This document shows, in pieces, positions 24,430-37,308 of a DNA stretch of 64,000 bases (positions are counted from its first letter, which is position 1; the number at the start of each line of letters is the position of its first letter). Location: positions 901,412 through 965,411 of the forward strand of contig RHPI01002402.1 in NCBI GenBank assembly GCA_009103225.1. Reading direction: 5' to 3'. The DNA is from Chlorokybus atmophyticus. Lineage: Eukaryota > Plantae > Mesostigma and Chlorokybus algae. A program made the translations under genes and the position numbers. The notes beneath the pieces were generated by a model. That model saw only the letters and a program-made list of their open reading frames with translations, was not told where the DNA came from and made no database searches.

Positions 24430-25242
24430 ATGGCGGCGATGGCGGCTGCGGCGGTGGTGCTCCCGGTGCAGGCAAAGCTGAGCGCATGCCCAGCAAGGCG
24501 TGCGGCTAGGTCGTCGCTCCCTGCCCGCCGCCCGGCGGTGGCGTCCATGCGGAGGTCGCTGGCCGTGTCGGCGAAGCTGGAAGGATCCGATGGCTCCGTC
24601 GCTGGCCCCAGCGCTGCGTTCTCACTGGCAATGTCGGCGCTGCTCGCTGCCGGCCCGGCCATGGCGCAGGCCAACGAGGTTGCCCAGATCGCCGAAGGCG
24701 ACAACCGGGGAAGCCTGCTGCTCCTGATCCCTGCATTGGCTATTGGATGGGTGGGTTTCAACATTCTCGGCCCGGCGCTGCGCCAGCTGGACGGCATGTC
24801 GAAGAAGGGTCTGGCTATCGGCGCTGCTGGCCTCACCGCCGCTGCGATGGGCGTCGCTGGTTCTGCTGAGGCAGCTGAGGCTGCCGCTGCTGCGTCAGAC
24901 AGCCGTGCCGGAGCGCTGCTGCTCATCCCTGCGCTGGCACTTGCATGGGTCACCTTCAACATCTTCGGCCCCGCAACCAGGCAGCTGGACACCATGTCTA
25001 AGAAGGGTTTGGTTATTGGTGCTGCTGGCCTCAGCGCTGCCGCCTTGCTTGGCGCCACTGAGTCTGCACAGGCTGCACAGGAGTTTGCGCAGGTGGCTGC
25101 AACCGCCAGCTCTGACAACCGCGGCACGCTTCTGCTCCTGATCCCCGCGCTCGCAATCGGTTGGGTTGGCTTCAACATCCTCGGCCCGGCTCTCCGCCAG
25201 CTCAACAACATGAGCGACAAGCCGGGCAACAAGAGGAAGTGA
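24430..25242 (+). CDS. PSBY: Photosystem II PsbY polyprotein precursor with three PsbY units, intronless
   Basis: Transit peptide then three copies of D(N/S)R..LLLIPAL..WV.FNI.GPA.RQL..M, each preceded by a hydrophobic signal ending A-x-A (AMA, AEA, AQA). GC-rich codon usage typical of a highly expressed gene. Confidence 0.93.
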   Translation: MAAMAAAAVVLPVQAKLSACPARRAARSSLPARRPAVASMRRSLAVSAKLEGSDGSVAGPSAAFSLAMSALLAAGPAMAQANEVAQIAEGDNRGSLLLLIPALAIGWVGFNILGPALRQLDGMSKKGLAIGAAGLTAAAMGVAGSAEAAEAAAAASDSRAGALLLIPALALAWVTFNIFGPATRQLDTMSKKGLVIGAAGLSAAALLGATESAQAAQEFAQVAATASSDNRGTLLLLIPALAIGWVGFNILGPALRQLNNMSDKPGNKRK

Positions 25243-26680
25243 AGTGTTACCCAAGTCAAGGACGCTGTTGCTTCATCCCTAGCACCACCAGGCTTCCGCT
25301 CTCCAAGCCACCGCGTACAGTCCACACCCAGCTCGCACTGTAATTGTATGCAGCCGTAGTAGTTGTGACACAAACAACAATGGACACACATCTTATGTGA
25401 TTATCACCAGTTTTGGTTTGCACAGTGTGTGACATGTGGGTTCTGCAGTTGCATCGTTGATGGGCTGCTGTCGTTGTAGTACAGCATGCATGTTGTGCAA
25501 GCGCATAAACCTATTTCATTGATGGGAGAGGTGCGTTTGGATGTCTTCTTGTATAAATGTTTAAACTATTGCAGTTGGGTTACGTCTCATGGATCTTTAC
25601 TGGCAGCATTCACAGATCTCATCACGCTTGACAGCTGGCTGTACAGTGCGACTTGCAGGATCGTTAGGTGGTGGCCGAAGTCAGCTTGTTGAACTGCATA
25701 TGTATAAATAATGCGAAACGGAAATATGCTGGTGCAGCCCAACATTCGCGTAGTGGACTAGTGGACTGCATAGTGGTTTCACTGCTGGACTTATGGTGCA
25801 CCATTGGTTCCTGTAGGCTGCAGTTGACATGCCAGCTGTTCTGTGCAGCCAATCAATTGCACATCTGCTATTTGTGAATGCGCATTGTACGCGCGGCAAC
25901 AGTTGTGCACTCCCGTCGTAACCCTAGCTGTAAGGACACTCAGCACACCACCTCTTCAGAATACTTGACATTATTGCGACATAAACTGCTTGCAGTCTGA
26001 TTACCCTGACAAGCAGATGCTTTCCAAGCAAACTGTTGCAATGCTCCCTGTGCCTTGCATATGTAGCATAATACCATGTGAATTGCACACCATGCCAACA
26101 ATACCACCATTACAGAAGTGCAATGCACCACATATTAAGCACCTCACGCAACATGAGTAACATGCATTGTTTCTGACAGGGCAACTGCAACTGCACTTGG
26201 GCATGTCCTGGTCATCGCCAAACATCTAACTCTACGACCACCATGCCATTTCCCAAGCCATGCTGGTCAACCACTGTTTACACGTATGTTGCAAACCGCA
26301 ATGTTTCGTTGGAAGGTGCAACAGCGTACACAATGTGCTAGCACTGCCAGTGTAGGTGCATCGTTCTATTTGTTGTACAGTCCTCACCATGTTTCGCAAA
26401 GATTCATGATTTATGCGCTTTGGCTGCAGGCTTATTTGGTCCTAAGAGGTCGGCACCCTACACACGGGAAATCATGACCTTGACGGCATGCAGATCACGC
26501 AGAACTTCTGCAGCAGAAGGCCATCCAATCTGATGACACAAAGGTTAATAACATAAGCAAACCAACAAAAGCACCATGTGCTCTTCAGCAACATCAACAT
26601 CAATATCTGCTCACCTATCATGGATTGGCAATGTGCTTCGGTGCCAAGGAACTGCCGACCTGTTGGAGAGTGCTGACTGG

Positions 26681-29600
26681 TCACGAACTTGGTGCTGACG
26701 AGCCCTCCTCTTGCAGGTTGTTCTCCACAAAATCATCCAGCGCCCATGCTCCGTCCACGTCAGCATCGTTAATTGGTAGCGAGTGTAAGCACTGCAGGAT
26801 ATGCTGCGCATCTCGCCGCAACCGAGCCTTCCCAGCAGGATTGCGCACTTCAAGCTGCACGTATGCATCGGCAATCTGCATATTGAACATCTTCACAACG
26901 CGGTTGAATATGGAGTGCGATTCGCCAGTGGTCAACAGCGGGGAGAGCACCCTGTGCAAAACGCCAACTTCCTTCACAAGGGCTTTTGCAAATGGGCTGA
27001 GGGAGGTATCTGTGTCGAGAACGTCCAGCTTGCTCCATGAATCTGCCAGCTGCGGCAAGCTGCGAAGATGATACTGCAACCGCTCGCGCATAATGGACAC
27101 CAATTTTGAGTGTATCTCCTCCCTGTGTATCCTGTAGTCCTGTTCAACGCGATCCAGGTCGGGCAGCAGCAGCGCATGCCTGTTCTCTGGGAGATGCCTT
27201 GACAGTGCAGCGCGTACGTCAGGGATCTTCTCAATGAACAACCCCAAACTCTGACTTGATAGCGCCAGGTGCTTTGCTGTGATTGACTTCAACCCGGACA
27301 CTTGCATGGCGCCGGCACCGAGAACAAGCTGACAAGTGCGAGAGTTGAACAGCTTGAGCACCTCCGCGACTCTGTGAAGCACCTCCACTGCCAGCGTGGG
27401 TAAGTAGCGAGCAACATCCATGTAATCCGCCAACATTTTCAACAGCATAAGCGCGCTTTGTACAAGATGAAACCTCTGCCCATTCGCCCACAGTACTTTT
27501 CCACGAAGGGCATCCATGTCGGCGCTGTTTTTGCGAGACAAAGCCTCCGCGTCACTTCCCCTTCTCTCAACCTCTGCACCTTCTTTGGCCTCATGGTCTG
27601 CACCATTGGATATTGTCGCAACCTCCTCTGCTGCATGCGACGCATTGCCATTGGTGTAAATCGGCGCATCAGGTATGACGGTCTCTGGTGTGATCTGCTC
27701 TGCACCACCCAGGTTGTCGGCGATACGCTGGAACTCTGGAGGTATGTCAACCGCTGACCAAGACTCTTGCTCCAGAAGCATAGCTAATTGCGAAATCTGC
27801 AACAACATAGTCAGTGCCGTAGCTGCTGCGGTGGACAACAGCTGCAGACTGACAACGCAGAGTCCACTAGCACCTTCTTTGGATGCATGGCATCAAGGTA
27901 AGCCTTTGATTGGGACTGTATAGTTCCGCGGAGACTGTAACAACGCTTGCCACTTATCTGCAAAATGACCAAACTCAGCTGCAAAGCAAGCAAATACTGC
28001 AGCTCCATGTTGGACGCAACTACAGCATTGCTACCAGATATGGGACTTGACTACAGGATTAAGATCAAAGCTGCAGAGGCTTTAAAAAAAAAAAAAAAAA
28101 ATTCAACAGAATGTGCTGTCTCACCTTCTCTGTGGCTGCCACAAAGCGTTGAGTCTCGTTCATCAGCTTTGAGAACTCGGACAAGCGCAATTGTGGGTAC
28201 ACTGGAGCTCGAACACCCAGAAGTTTGGCCCAACGCGCATGAGCAGCATCACAAGCCGCAGACACAGCCTCGGCGTTTTCGCGCAGAACTTCGCTCCTAA
28301 ACAACAAGCCATGTTGGTCACATGTGCAGTCTTGCTCGTCCCCTGAGCAGATGCCAATGAATTGTACCAAGCATCAGTTTCAAACCTGTTGTTTTTGATA
28401 GGTGGCGCACCACCACCTGCGAACATGTCCAAACCACTGTCAGAACACGACATGTGGCAGCTCGCACACAAATAATACAAACAGTACCAGCAGAGCCATG
28501 GTTTGCTAACACAGCAGCTCCAGCTGCCGCTCTGCTGGCAAGCTCTTCTTCTGCATTCTCTTTGGCTGGGGTGGCATTAGCCTCATCCACTGCGACGACA
28601 ACGCTCTCGACGATACCACGTACATCAGCAGCCTTTTGCAACCGCTCCTGTGACACCAACCCAGATCGGAAACCGCACATGGTCGTGCAATGCTGTTGGC
28701 CAAGCGTCGCGCGTGTGCAATGTGCAAGTACCTGGACAATGGCGAATACAGCGTACAGCAGAGCCATGAAAGCATCGCTTGACAGCACGCGTAACTTCTC
28801 GGTCAGTGGCACCGCAACTGCCATACGATGAGGATAATGAGTTCCAGAGCAAACAGGCACCCATAAGTATCACAACTCTCACAACACAATACCATACCTT
28901 CTGCTTGAGCGTCAGCAGGATAGTCGTTATCACCTTGATGTGATGACCACAGCAAAGGCAAAACCTCTGCCACTACATTCTTTATGGCGACTTTTATGTC
29001 TGCTGTCAAGGTGGTGCGATACTCTCTTAGCACCTTTCCCAATTTGCCCTGCATTGAAGCGCTAGTGTCACAGTAGTAGACGAGCACTTGCGCAGGGACA
29101 ACTCGGCCCAACGACCACGCACCGTACGTATTAGTCCAAGAACCACAGGTAAAAGCTGTTCCTTCAATGAGATGCTAGTGTCGTCATCATCATCGCGCGC
29201 CTACAAAGCAAAGGCCAGTACAGATTGCAATTTCACACAAGAGCGTCATAGTCATGGCAGAAACCTGTCGTATACACTGCCCTCATGTATAAGCTGCCGC
29301 AACAACGGACATTGCACCCTGCTGTGCTGATCTAGTCACGACTGAGGCAGTGGCTTATGACAACTTCATACCTGCGTTTTTGCGGCAAGTGCTGGTGGCA
29401 GCGGTTGTTCAGCATACTGAAAGTATTCCGCAGCATTTGCAGCTGGATTGCTGTGTGTGGATGGCTGCAAAGCCACACGCTGGAACTCTGCAAGCATCAT
29501 GCTGGCGGTGCAACACTCATTCAGTATATGAAGCAACACAAGCACAGGATAACCGCTGATGATGATCAACTCACTTATCTACAGCTTCAGCTGTGGCTGC

Positions 29601-31202
29601 CAACTGTTCTGGGACATGCCGAAAACAGTGAAGCCGCGCAATGTCATCACTTTCCTGCAAGGGAGAACTCCACAGCAATTCCCATTAGGAGATGTGGCCC
29701 AGCAAAAACTGGCTGTAATGCGCGGGTTGAACACATAAGCACCCAGCCAATACAAACTTACTGCCTTCACTCACCAGTATTCGCCTCGTGTCTTCAATGA
29801 CGTCCAATGCTGCAGTGAAGTCTGCAGCTGGCAGCAACTGCATCCAAACCCGGTTAAGCCTGTAACAAATCATGCAGAGCTGCATGCACGAACATACCAA
29901 TTGAAGCGCCTGCAGGGCCTGTGAGATGTTGGAAACCGTCTTCAGCATGCTCAGCAGGTTGAGCAAATTTCTGCGTCGGTTGCGCAGGCGCTGAATGGCC
30001 ATGCCATTCACAAACATCGCTTCGTCTAGAGCGTGCACAATCGCCCGAAGATGCGCTATTTGGTCACACGCTGCATGTATCATGGCAGTCAATTCTTGCA
30101 TCACACCGACAGCCTCGAAAAACGAGTCTGAGCGGTTGGAGATCTCCTTCAGCAAGCTGACTTCAACGAGGTCGAGGTACTGCGAAAGGCGCTCCTGCAC
30201 AGCCCGTTCTCAATGGTAACTATGCGATGCAACAAAACCTTGATGGTTGTTTGACTGACAGGCACTCAGCACGCATGCAACCTGCATGTAGGTAACTTCA
30301 TGACTTTCGCATCAGCCACAAACCTGTACGTCAGATGACGATGGTACTGAGTCCTCTGGGCATGCAGCGAGGAATGTATCTCGGCGCCCGAAATCAAAGT
30401 CATCATCGAAGTACATAGCAGGTACCTCACGTAGGCACACCACAAGGCCCTCTCCACTGCCTCGTGCAACATCTCCAGACGACCTAAACACAGAAAAACA
30501 CAGCTTACATAACGTCAATATGTGTTGGTTCGACCATCAGTGTCAGCGCACCAACATTAAACTTCTGAAACAATGTCTAGTATTGTATGCCACGACAACT
30601 CCCAACATCAAATCAACACTTTCTGTACTAGACTACTAAGTAACCAGAAACAACGGTTCACATGCACTTCTGCCCTGGGGAATGTTCTGCAAAACAAACT
30701 ACACTTTTTTTCCCGTATCAACAGCGTATGCATGACCTGTACTGCTCATGACGCTACCTCAACAGGACAGCACAACGTCTCCTCCACATTGTGTTGTTCA
30801 TGCATGCAACGCCTCAACTTGAGTTAGATGTGTGACTTACGAGGATCGCGCGTGCTCAGTACGAGCGGCCGCATGGCGTGCAGCGACAAAGCGGGCGTAA
30901 TGTGCAGCAACAGTTTTCAGGTAAGGCTGGAAATCACGCCATGTGACAGCTGGCAGCACACCGGAGGCCAGAGGCGGCGGCTGAGTGTCAACGAACGGAT
31001 CCGAGCTAGTGCCGAAAAACCAGGAGCTGAGCTCCGCCGCGGACGCCGACAACCCTGTCGCCTTGGGCGTGGGGTTGTTGAGGACGGAGGCCAGGCTCTG
31101 ACCTGCGCTGTAGCTCCCGTAATCCGCCCGCTCGTTTGGCTTCTGCCCGCTAGTCGAAGCGCCACCTCCATGGCTGCTCAACCCGCCACCCGCGCCAAGC
31201 AT
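26681..31202 (-). CDS. VPS54: GARP complex subunit VPS54, multi-exon
   Basis: AGQSLASVLNNP near the N-terminus, QERLSQYLDLVEVSLLKEISNRSDSFFEA, and the Vps54 domain LKLFNSRTCQLVLGAGAMQVSGLKSITAKHLALSSQ. First in-frame ATG at 31202. TGA at 26681-26683. Confidence 0.92.
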
Positions 31203-31602
31203 CCTGCCCGTTTCTTGTCCTCCACCTGCGCTTCCACCTCGTCCACCGCCCCCGCCCGGCCCAGGCGCTGATCGCCACGCCCAAGGCAATTCTGCTTGTT
31301 AGGGCAGCTGCTTAGCAGAGCGAAAAGTGTTCCCTTCTACGGACAGCTTGAAGCAATCTCTACTCGCGGGAAATGCTTCAATAGCCATTACGAAGCTGAA
31401 TTATTACACATTAGCGAAACCTCAAGCACAACGTCGGTGTTTGCCATGCTGCTTTGCAGGGAGCTTGTCTCCTGCTGCTGCTGCTGCTGCAGCTGCGGCA
31501 GTGGCGGTGGCGGTGGTGGAGGCACAGGAGGTGGTCTTGTCAGTTTGTCGTTGTGCAGTGGATAGCGGAGACCGCTTGGAGGCCTGCCCCGCCAAGCGTG
31601 TA

Positions 31603-34600
31603 ATGGCGGGGCAGGTGGTGCACGCTCGGCTGGGTCGGGTGGGTGTGGACCGGCTGACGGGTTTGCAGGGCAGGCCATCACGCATTCGCAACATATGCGT
31701 GTTGGCCCACGTTGACCATGGCAAAACCACCATGTCCGACGCACTGATAGCTTCCAACGGTCTCATACATCCCAAGATGGTTGGCAAGGTAAGTGATGGA
31801 CACCTTACTTGCACTTGTACATGTGCTGTTGGACCCCATTGAAACCACGCATAACGCCACGGACCAAGTAAATTCAATCACAGTCGGTCGGAGAAGTGCT
31901 AATAGTAATATTGCTTGAGGGTGTATGTATGCGTCAGCTTTACGTTAGGATGGCAGCCTCTCACAACCTGTGTGCGGGTCGCAGTTTGTTGTGATCATAC
32001 CAGTTGTTTGTTGCGCAGCTTCGCTATCTTGATAGTCGGGACGACGAGCAGTTGCGATGTATTACCATGAAGTCCAGCTCTATCTCGCTGCTATTCCAGC
32101 ATCAGCTGCCGGGTCAGGATGAAAACGACATTGACTACTTGATCAATCTGATTGACTCCCCTGGCCACGTGGACTTCTGCAGCGAGGTGAGCTCATCATA
32201 GGCTGCGCAGTTTGGTTGTTGTAGGTGGTCAGCAGGTGTTGGCATGTCAACGTTGTGTTATCAATTGCACTTGCAGGTCTCCACAGCTGTCAGGCTCAGC
32301 GACGGTGCAATCGTGCTGGTCGACGCTGTTGAAGGCGTCTGCATGCAGACACATGCGGTGCTCCGCCAGGTACGCAGTTAATGAGATGCTCCATGCATGC
32401 GGGGAGTCTGTTACTTGATACTTGACACAGCATCTCCATTTGCAGGGGTGGCAGGAGAAGTTGGAAATGTGCTTGGTCTTCAATAAGATTGACCGTCTGA
32501 TTGTTGAGCTCAAGCTAAGTCCACAAGAGGCTTACGACCGCATCAAGGTATGCAGCGCCTGGTAGCTGCATGCTGCTGAAGTTTGAGTGTGAACCTTGCG
32601 CTTGTTCCTTATCTGGTGTTGAGCAGGCTGCGGTGCTGAGGGCCCATTCGTATTTCAGGGCATACTTGGCGAAGTGAACAACATTATCAACGGCTTCCGC
32701 TCTGAGAAGTACATGTCTGATGTTGATGCCGTTTTGGCACATACTGAGGCAGCGCATACTGAGGAACTGGAAGAGGTACCATTGCTTGCAGAACGTGCAT
32801 GATCTTGTGACGACTTCCATGATGATTGCAGGCTATTCAGAGTCTGTCCGTAGTATGGCTGCATGGTGTTGTTTAGAAGTGCTGCTGCTGTTGCTTTGTA
32901 GGATGAGGAGGATGCGTTTTCACCAGCTCAGGGCAATGTCATTTTCGCCAGTGCGGTAGATGGCTGGGGCTTTAGGATTGAGCAGTTTGCTGAGCTATAT
33001 GCAGCCAAGGTACAAGGTGCCACCGCGTGCTACAACACAATGTTTTGAGCGTACCGCTGAGCTTGCTGTGCCCTGTGTAGCTTGGTGCCAGTTCGGCAGC
33101 GCTTCGGCGAGCTTTGTGGGGCGATTACTACTTCAACCCCAAAACGAAGATGATCGTTGGGAAAAAGGCAGCAGGTATGATGAACTCACTGTTTAACCTT
33201 GTGGTTATTCACAGGGTTATTTACAATGACAACGTACATGTGGCAGGTGGCAAGCTGAAGCCAATGTTTCCTCAGTTCCTTTTTGAACCAATCTGGAAGG
33301 TGTGCTTGCAGTCTTGATGACAGTTGTGGCTGTACTGATGGCGCGGTGCACCCACAATCATATGGTGACCTTGTGTAGTGGTGGCCAGGTGTACAACAGT
33401 GTGCTTGAGGGTGCGGATTTTGCGACTCTGGACAAGCTGGTGAAGGCCCTGGGAATAACAGTGAGTGCAGCTGGTGTTGTTGGAGCCATAGGCGCATGCA
33501 TTTGTTGACTGCTGGGCATGCTGCATGGTGACATGAGCTGTTCATGCTGACAGTCACAGTTGCAGATTGCAGATCGTGATTTGAAGCACTCGGATCCTCG
33601 TGTTGTCATTCAAGCAGTGCTTAGCAAATGGCTGCCGCTGTAAGTTTGTGGTGTTTCCTTATGACATCCTTAAGCATCAAGTGTTGCCGTTCAACTGTTA
33701 TAATGCCATGTTGCTCGGAACGCAGGTCAGATGCTGTGCTGGCAACAGTGGTAGAAAGACTACCAAGCCCGGAAGTAGCTCAGGAAACTCGATTGCTAGC
33801 TTATTTTCCTTCTTCTGACGCTGTGCAGACATCACCTTCGGACTCTGAGCTTGCTGAGATTAGGAGTAGCGTAGTAGCATGCAATACAAGTCAGGATGCC
33901 CCGACTGTGGCATTTGTAGCCAAGATGTTTGCAGTAGATCGCAGCAGCGTTCCGCGCCATTCGGTAAGCAGTGATGGGCTCTACACATGCACCTTTACAG
34001 TGTGTTTCCTGCTCAACGGATGCGGACATAAACCTATTGGATGGGTGTATGTTACTGCAGGTTGACGCCGTGGCCTTGGAAGGTGAAGACAGTACGCAAA
34101 CGTTTATTGGTTTTGCTCGCGTCTTCAGGTAACTGCTGACTATTCAGCCGCAAAGTGTGGCGATGACATTGTGTTTGGGTACCTGGCATGCCAGTGCCTG
34201 GAGGCATGCCAGGTACACACCAGGTGCTGAGCCAATGGCATCATGTCATTATGCCATGGTCTGATCCTCTCCTTATGGCAGCGGTCTGTTGAGGAAAGGT
34301 CAGAGGCTGCATGTCCTTTTACCCAAGTACAATCCCGATGAACCTGACAAACATCGTGAAGAGGTCATTATTGGCGAGTTGTATCTCATGATGGGCCGTG
34401 CCCTTGAGCCAGTTGCTGAGGTTCCTGCTGGCAATCTGGTTGGAGTCGGGGTAAGCGAGAGCTCAGTTATTTGGTGAACAGTGGCAGCTGTGCTCGGGAA
34501 GTCCGCATCCTGACATGGTCTAAAAGCTCAATGGTCGTGCTCTCCTTGTTGGTGAACAGGGCTTAGGTCAGAAGGTCCTAAAGACTGCCACTCTGAGCAG

Positions 34601-37308
34601 CTCAATGGCATGCCGACCATTTGTAAGCATGAAGTTCCCGGCTGCCGCTATTGTTGCAGTGGCAGTGGAACCTGCGAACCCGAACGAGTGGCCACCCCTC
34701 ATTCAAGGATTGCGTCTTCTCAACAGAGCTGATCCGTTTGTAGAGGTCACTGTGCAAGAAACTGGAGAGCATGTTGTCAAGTATGCCACCATCAATGTGT
34801 GATTGGTGTTTGCTCTATCAATACAACTGCTATTGTGTAAGAAATGCATGTTTGTCTGTAATAATTCGATTATGCACATGCAGGGCTGCTGGGGAAGTGC
34901 ACCTGGAGCGGTGTTTGAAAGATTTACGGGTATGAGGATCCCCCCCNNNNNNNNNNNNNNNNNNNNNNNNNNNNNNNNNNNNNNNNNNNNNNNNNNNNNN
35001 NNNNNNNNNNNNNNNNNNNNNNNNNNNNNNNNNNNNNNNNNNNNNNNNNNNNNNNNNNNNNNNNNNNNNNNNNNNNNNNNNNNNNNNNNNNNNNNNNNNN
35101 NNNNNNNNNNNNNNNNNNNNNNNNNNNNNNNNNNNNNNNNNNNNNNNNNNNNNNNNNNNNNNNNNNNNNNNNNNNNNNNNNNNNNNNNNNNNNNNNNNNN
35201 NNNNNNNNNNNNNNNNNNNNNNNNNNNNNNNNNNNNNNNNNNNNNNNNNNNNNNNNNNNNNNNNNNNNNNNNNNNNNNNNNNNNNNNNNNNNCCACCCCC
35301 CCACACACAAACCCTCCTCCCCGTCTCCCCTCCCGCGCCCGCTTGCACTGTGCAACGGATGATTTTTATGTGTATGAAGCACTGACTGCCATTCTGACCT
35401 GCAAGCATACACCGCTGGAGGGCGCCTCTAGCAGTGTCTGTAGTGTTTGCTTACATCATGACTCACAGGAGCGGTTTGCGAGGATAGAGCTTGCGGTATC
35501 AGCACCTCTGGTGTCGTTTCGGGAGTCAGTGAACCCAGAGGTGTCAGAAGCTGCACTTGCCGCAGCTCCATGGGTGACAACAGTGACCTCAGACAGGCGC
35601 TGCACGGTAACTGCTGCCAACAAATGCCTTGGCCAGTGTTGTTCTGTTGTTGACAGTACCAGTTAAAACAGTGTGCTGATGTTATTGCTTTGCTCTTGCT
35701 TGCATATGGCAGGTGCGTGCTCGCGCCACGCCTTTGCCTCCTGCTCTTACGGCGGCACTGCAATCATCGGGCCCAATGCTGCGGACAGTGTTTGACCAAG
35801 CGGCTGGCGCTTCTGTCTGCCAATCTGACGAAGCAGGTGCTGCTGTGCTCGCGAACACCACTCAAGACTCCATTTCCGTGTTGACTGAGCGGCTGCAAGA
35901 GGCGGCTCTGGACACATCTGCTGGTCAGGACTGGCGACACAACCTATCTAAGATCAGCTCGTTGGGCCCACGACGAACCGGACCCAACATCCTCCTGAGC
36001 TGTGACATGCAGCAGTTGAGCAATGATGATGCTGGCAGCGAGGCTCGCGCAGATGAGACATCCAGCGCAATCTGTTGTCCTCCAGTAGTCTCTCAGCTGC
36101 TGGGGCTGACCGACACTGGCCTTCGCGCAGCCGATGTGAGCGAGTCCGCTGCCCTTATGAAAGATCCGAAGGCGGCGGCTTCGGGTTCCAGCAAGCTTGC
36201 GCTTGACAGAAACGTGCATAACAGCATCGTCACAGGCTTTCAGCTGACATGTGCAGCTGGGCCCCTGTGCGAAGAGCCGTTGTCTGGAGTTGCCTTTGAA
36301 GTGATGGTGCAGTTGCACAACACTGCAGGTGACGAGGATGGTTACAGCAGCAGCGGTAGCAGTGCTGTGCAGGAACAGAACTTGCTGCTATCCGGACAGG
36401 TGTGCTTGGTGGATATTCTCATCTGTAACATCTTTTGTTTTGAGGATTTCTCTTGGACACATTTTCACAAGACAATTCCCAGATCATCACGGAAGTCCGG
36501 GACGCATGTCGGCAGGCAATGCTGAAGTCGCAGCCAAGGCTTGTGGAAGCGATGTACTTGTGTGAGGTAGCCTTTGGGTTTAAGACCCCCTGTGACTTGC
36601 CAAAAAAACCCTTTCACGAATAATACATCACGCCTTTTGTGTAGGTGATGACTAATGCCGAAGCATTGGGCAAAGTGTATGGTGTGCTGGGCAAAAGGCG
36701 CTCGCGCATAATCTCAGAAGAAATGCGAGAAGGATCTGGTTTGTTTACAGGTGAGCTTGCATATTGCCAGAGCTGTAATATTCATGTACCCTGATTGCTG
36801 CTTACCTGCTGCACAGTGCACGCTTACTTGCCGGTTGCGGAGAGCTTTGGGTTTGCAGATGAGCTGAGACGCAGCACTTCAGGGGCTGCCAGTCCACAAC
36901 TCGTTTTAAGCCATTGGGAAATCTTGCAGGCATGTTTTCGAAAACAATTGCGCCCAGCTTGCATTAGGCCCCTGTGATATTTGGTTCTCGTGAAATCACT
37001 TTCTTTAAGTCGGCATTCATTTCCATGCTGCAGGAGGACCCGTTCTTCGTGCCTACAACTGTGGATGAACTTGAAGAGTTTGGGGACGGAGTGAGCATAC
37101 CTCACAACCTTGCCAGGCGATGCATGGATGCTGTTCGCAGACGCAAAGGTATCCGCTATTGCACCACACTAGGCGTGTTGCAGCTGTTTGTGTTCAACCT
37201 TGCTGTGCTTAGTTTGTATTGATTTGGTGCATCTCTCTAGGTCTGCCTGTGGAGGAGAAAGTTGTCGAGCACGCGGAGAAGCAAAGAACGCTGGCCCGTA
37301 AAGTCTGA
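31603..37308 (+). CDS. EFL1: Elongation factor-like GTPase 1 (EFL1/RIA1), multi-exon; N gap inside an intron
   Basis: [55 protein letters not shown]...[68 protein letters not shown], and C-terminal KQRTLARKV*. The EFL1-specific ending distinguishes it from eEF2 and Snu114. Confidence 0.93.
34179..34216. repeat. Perfect inverted repeat, 14-bp stem and 10-nt loop, in an EFL1 intron
   Basis: GTACCTGGCATGCC-agtgcctgga-GGCATGCCAGGTAC read directly. Confidence 0.85.
34947..35292. other. Assembly gap (N run) in an EFL1 intron; other gaps at 9534, 19213-19245 and 58315-58359
   Basis: The multi-base N runs are flanked by poly-C or poly-G, typical of short-read dropouts. Confidence 0.95.
36930..37033 (+). 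other. GC-AG intron in EFL1
   Basis: Conserved SHWEILQ|EDPFFVP is in frame only if the donor is CAG|GCATGT. The nearby GT gives a frameshift. Confidence 0.7.

Noticed and set aside
37149-37240. EFL1 last intron donor GTATCCGC as U12
   Set aside because: No TCCTTAAC-like branch site near the acceptor, and it has an ordinary pyrimidine-rich 3' end.
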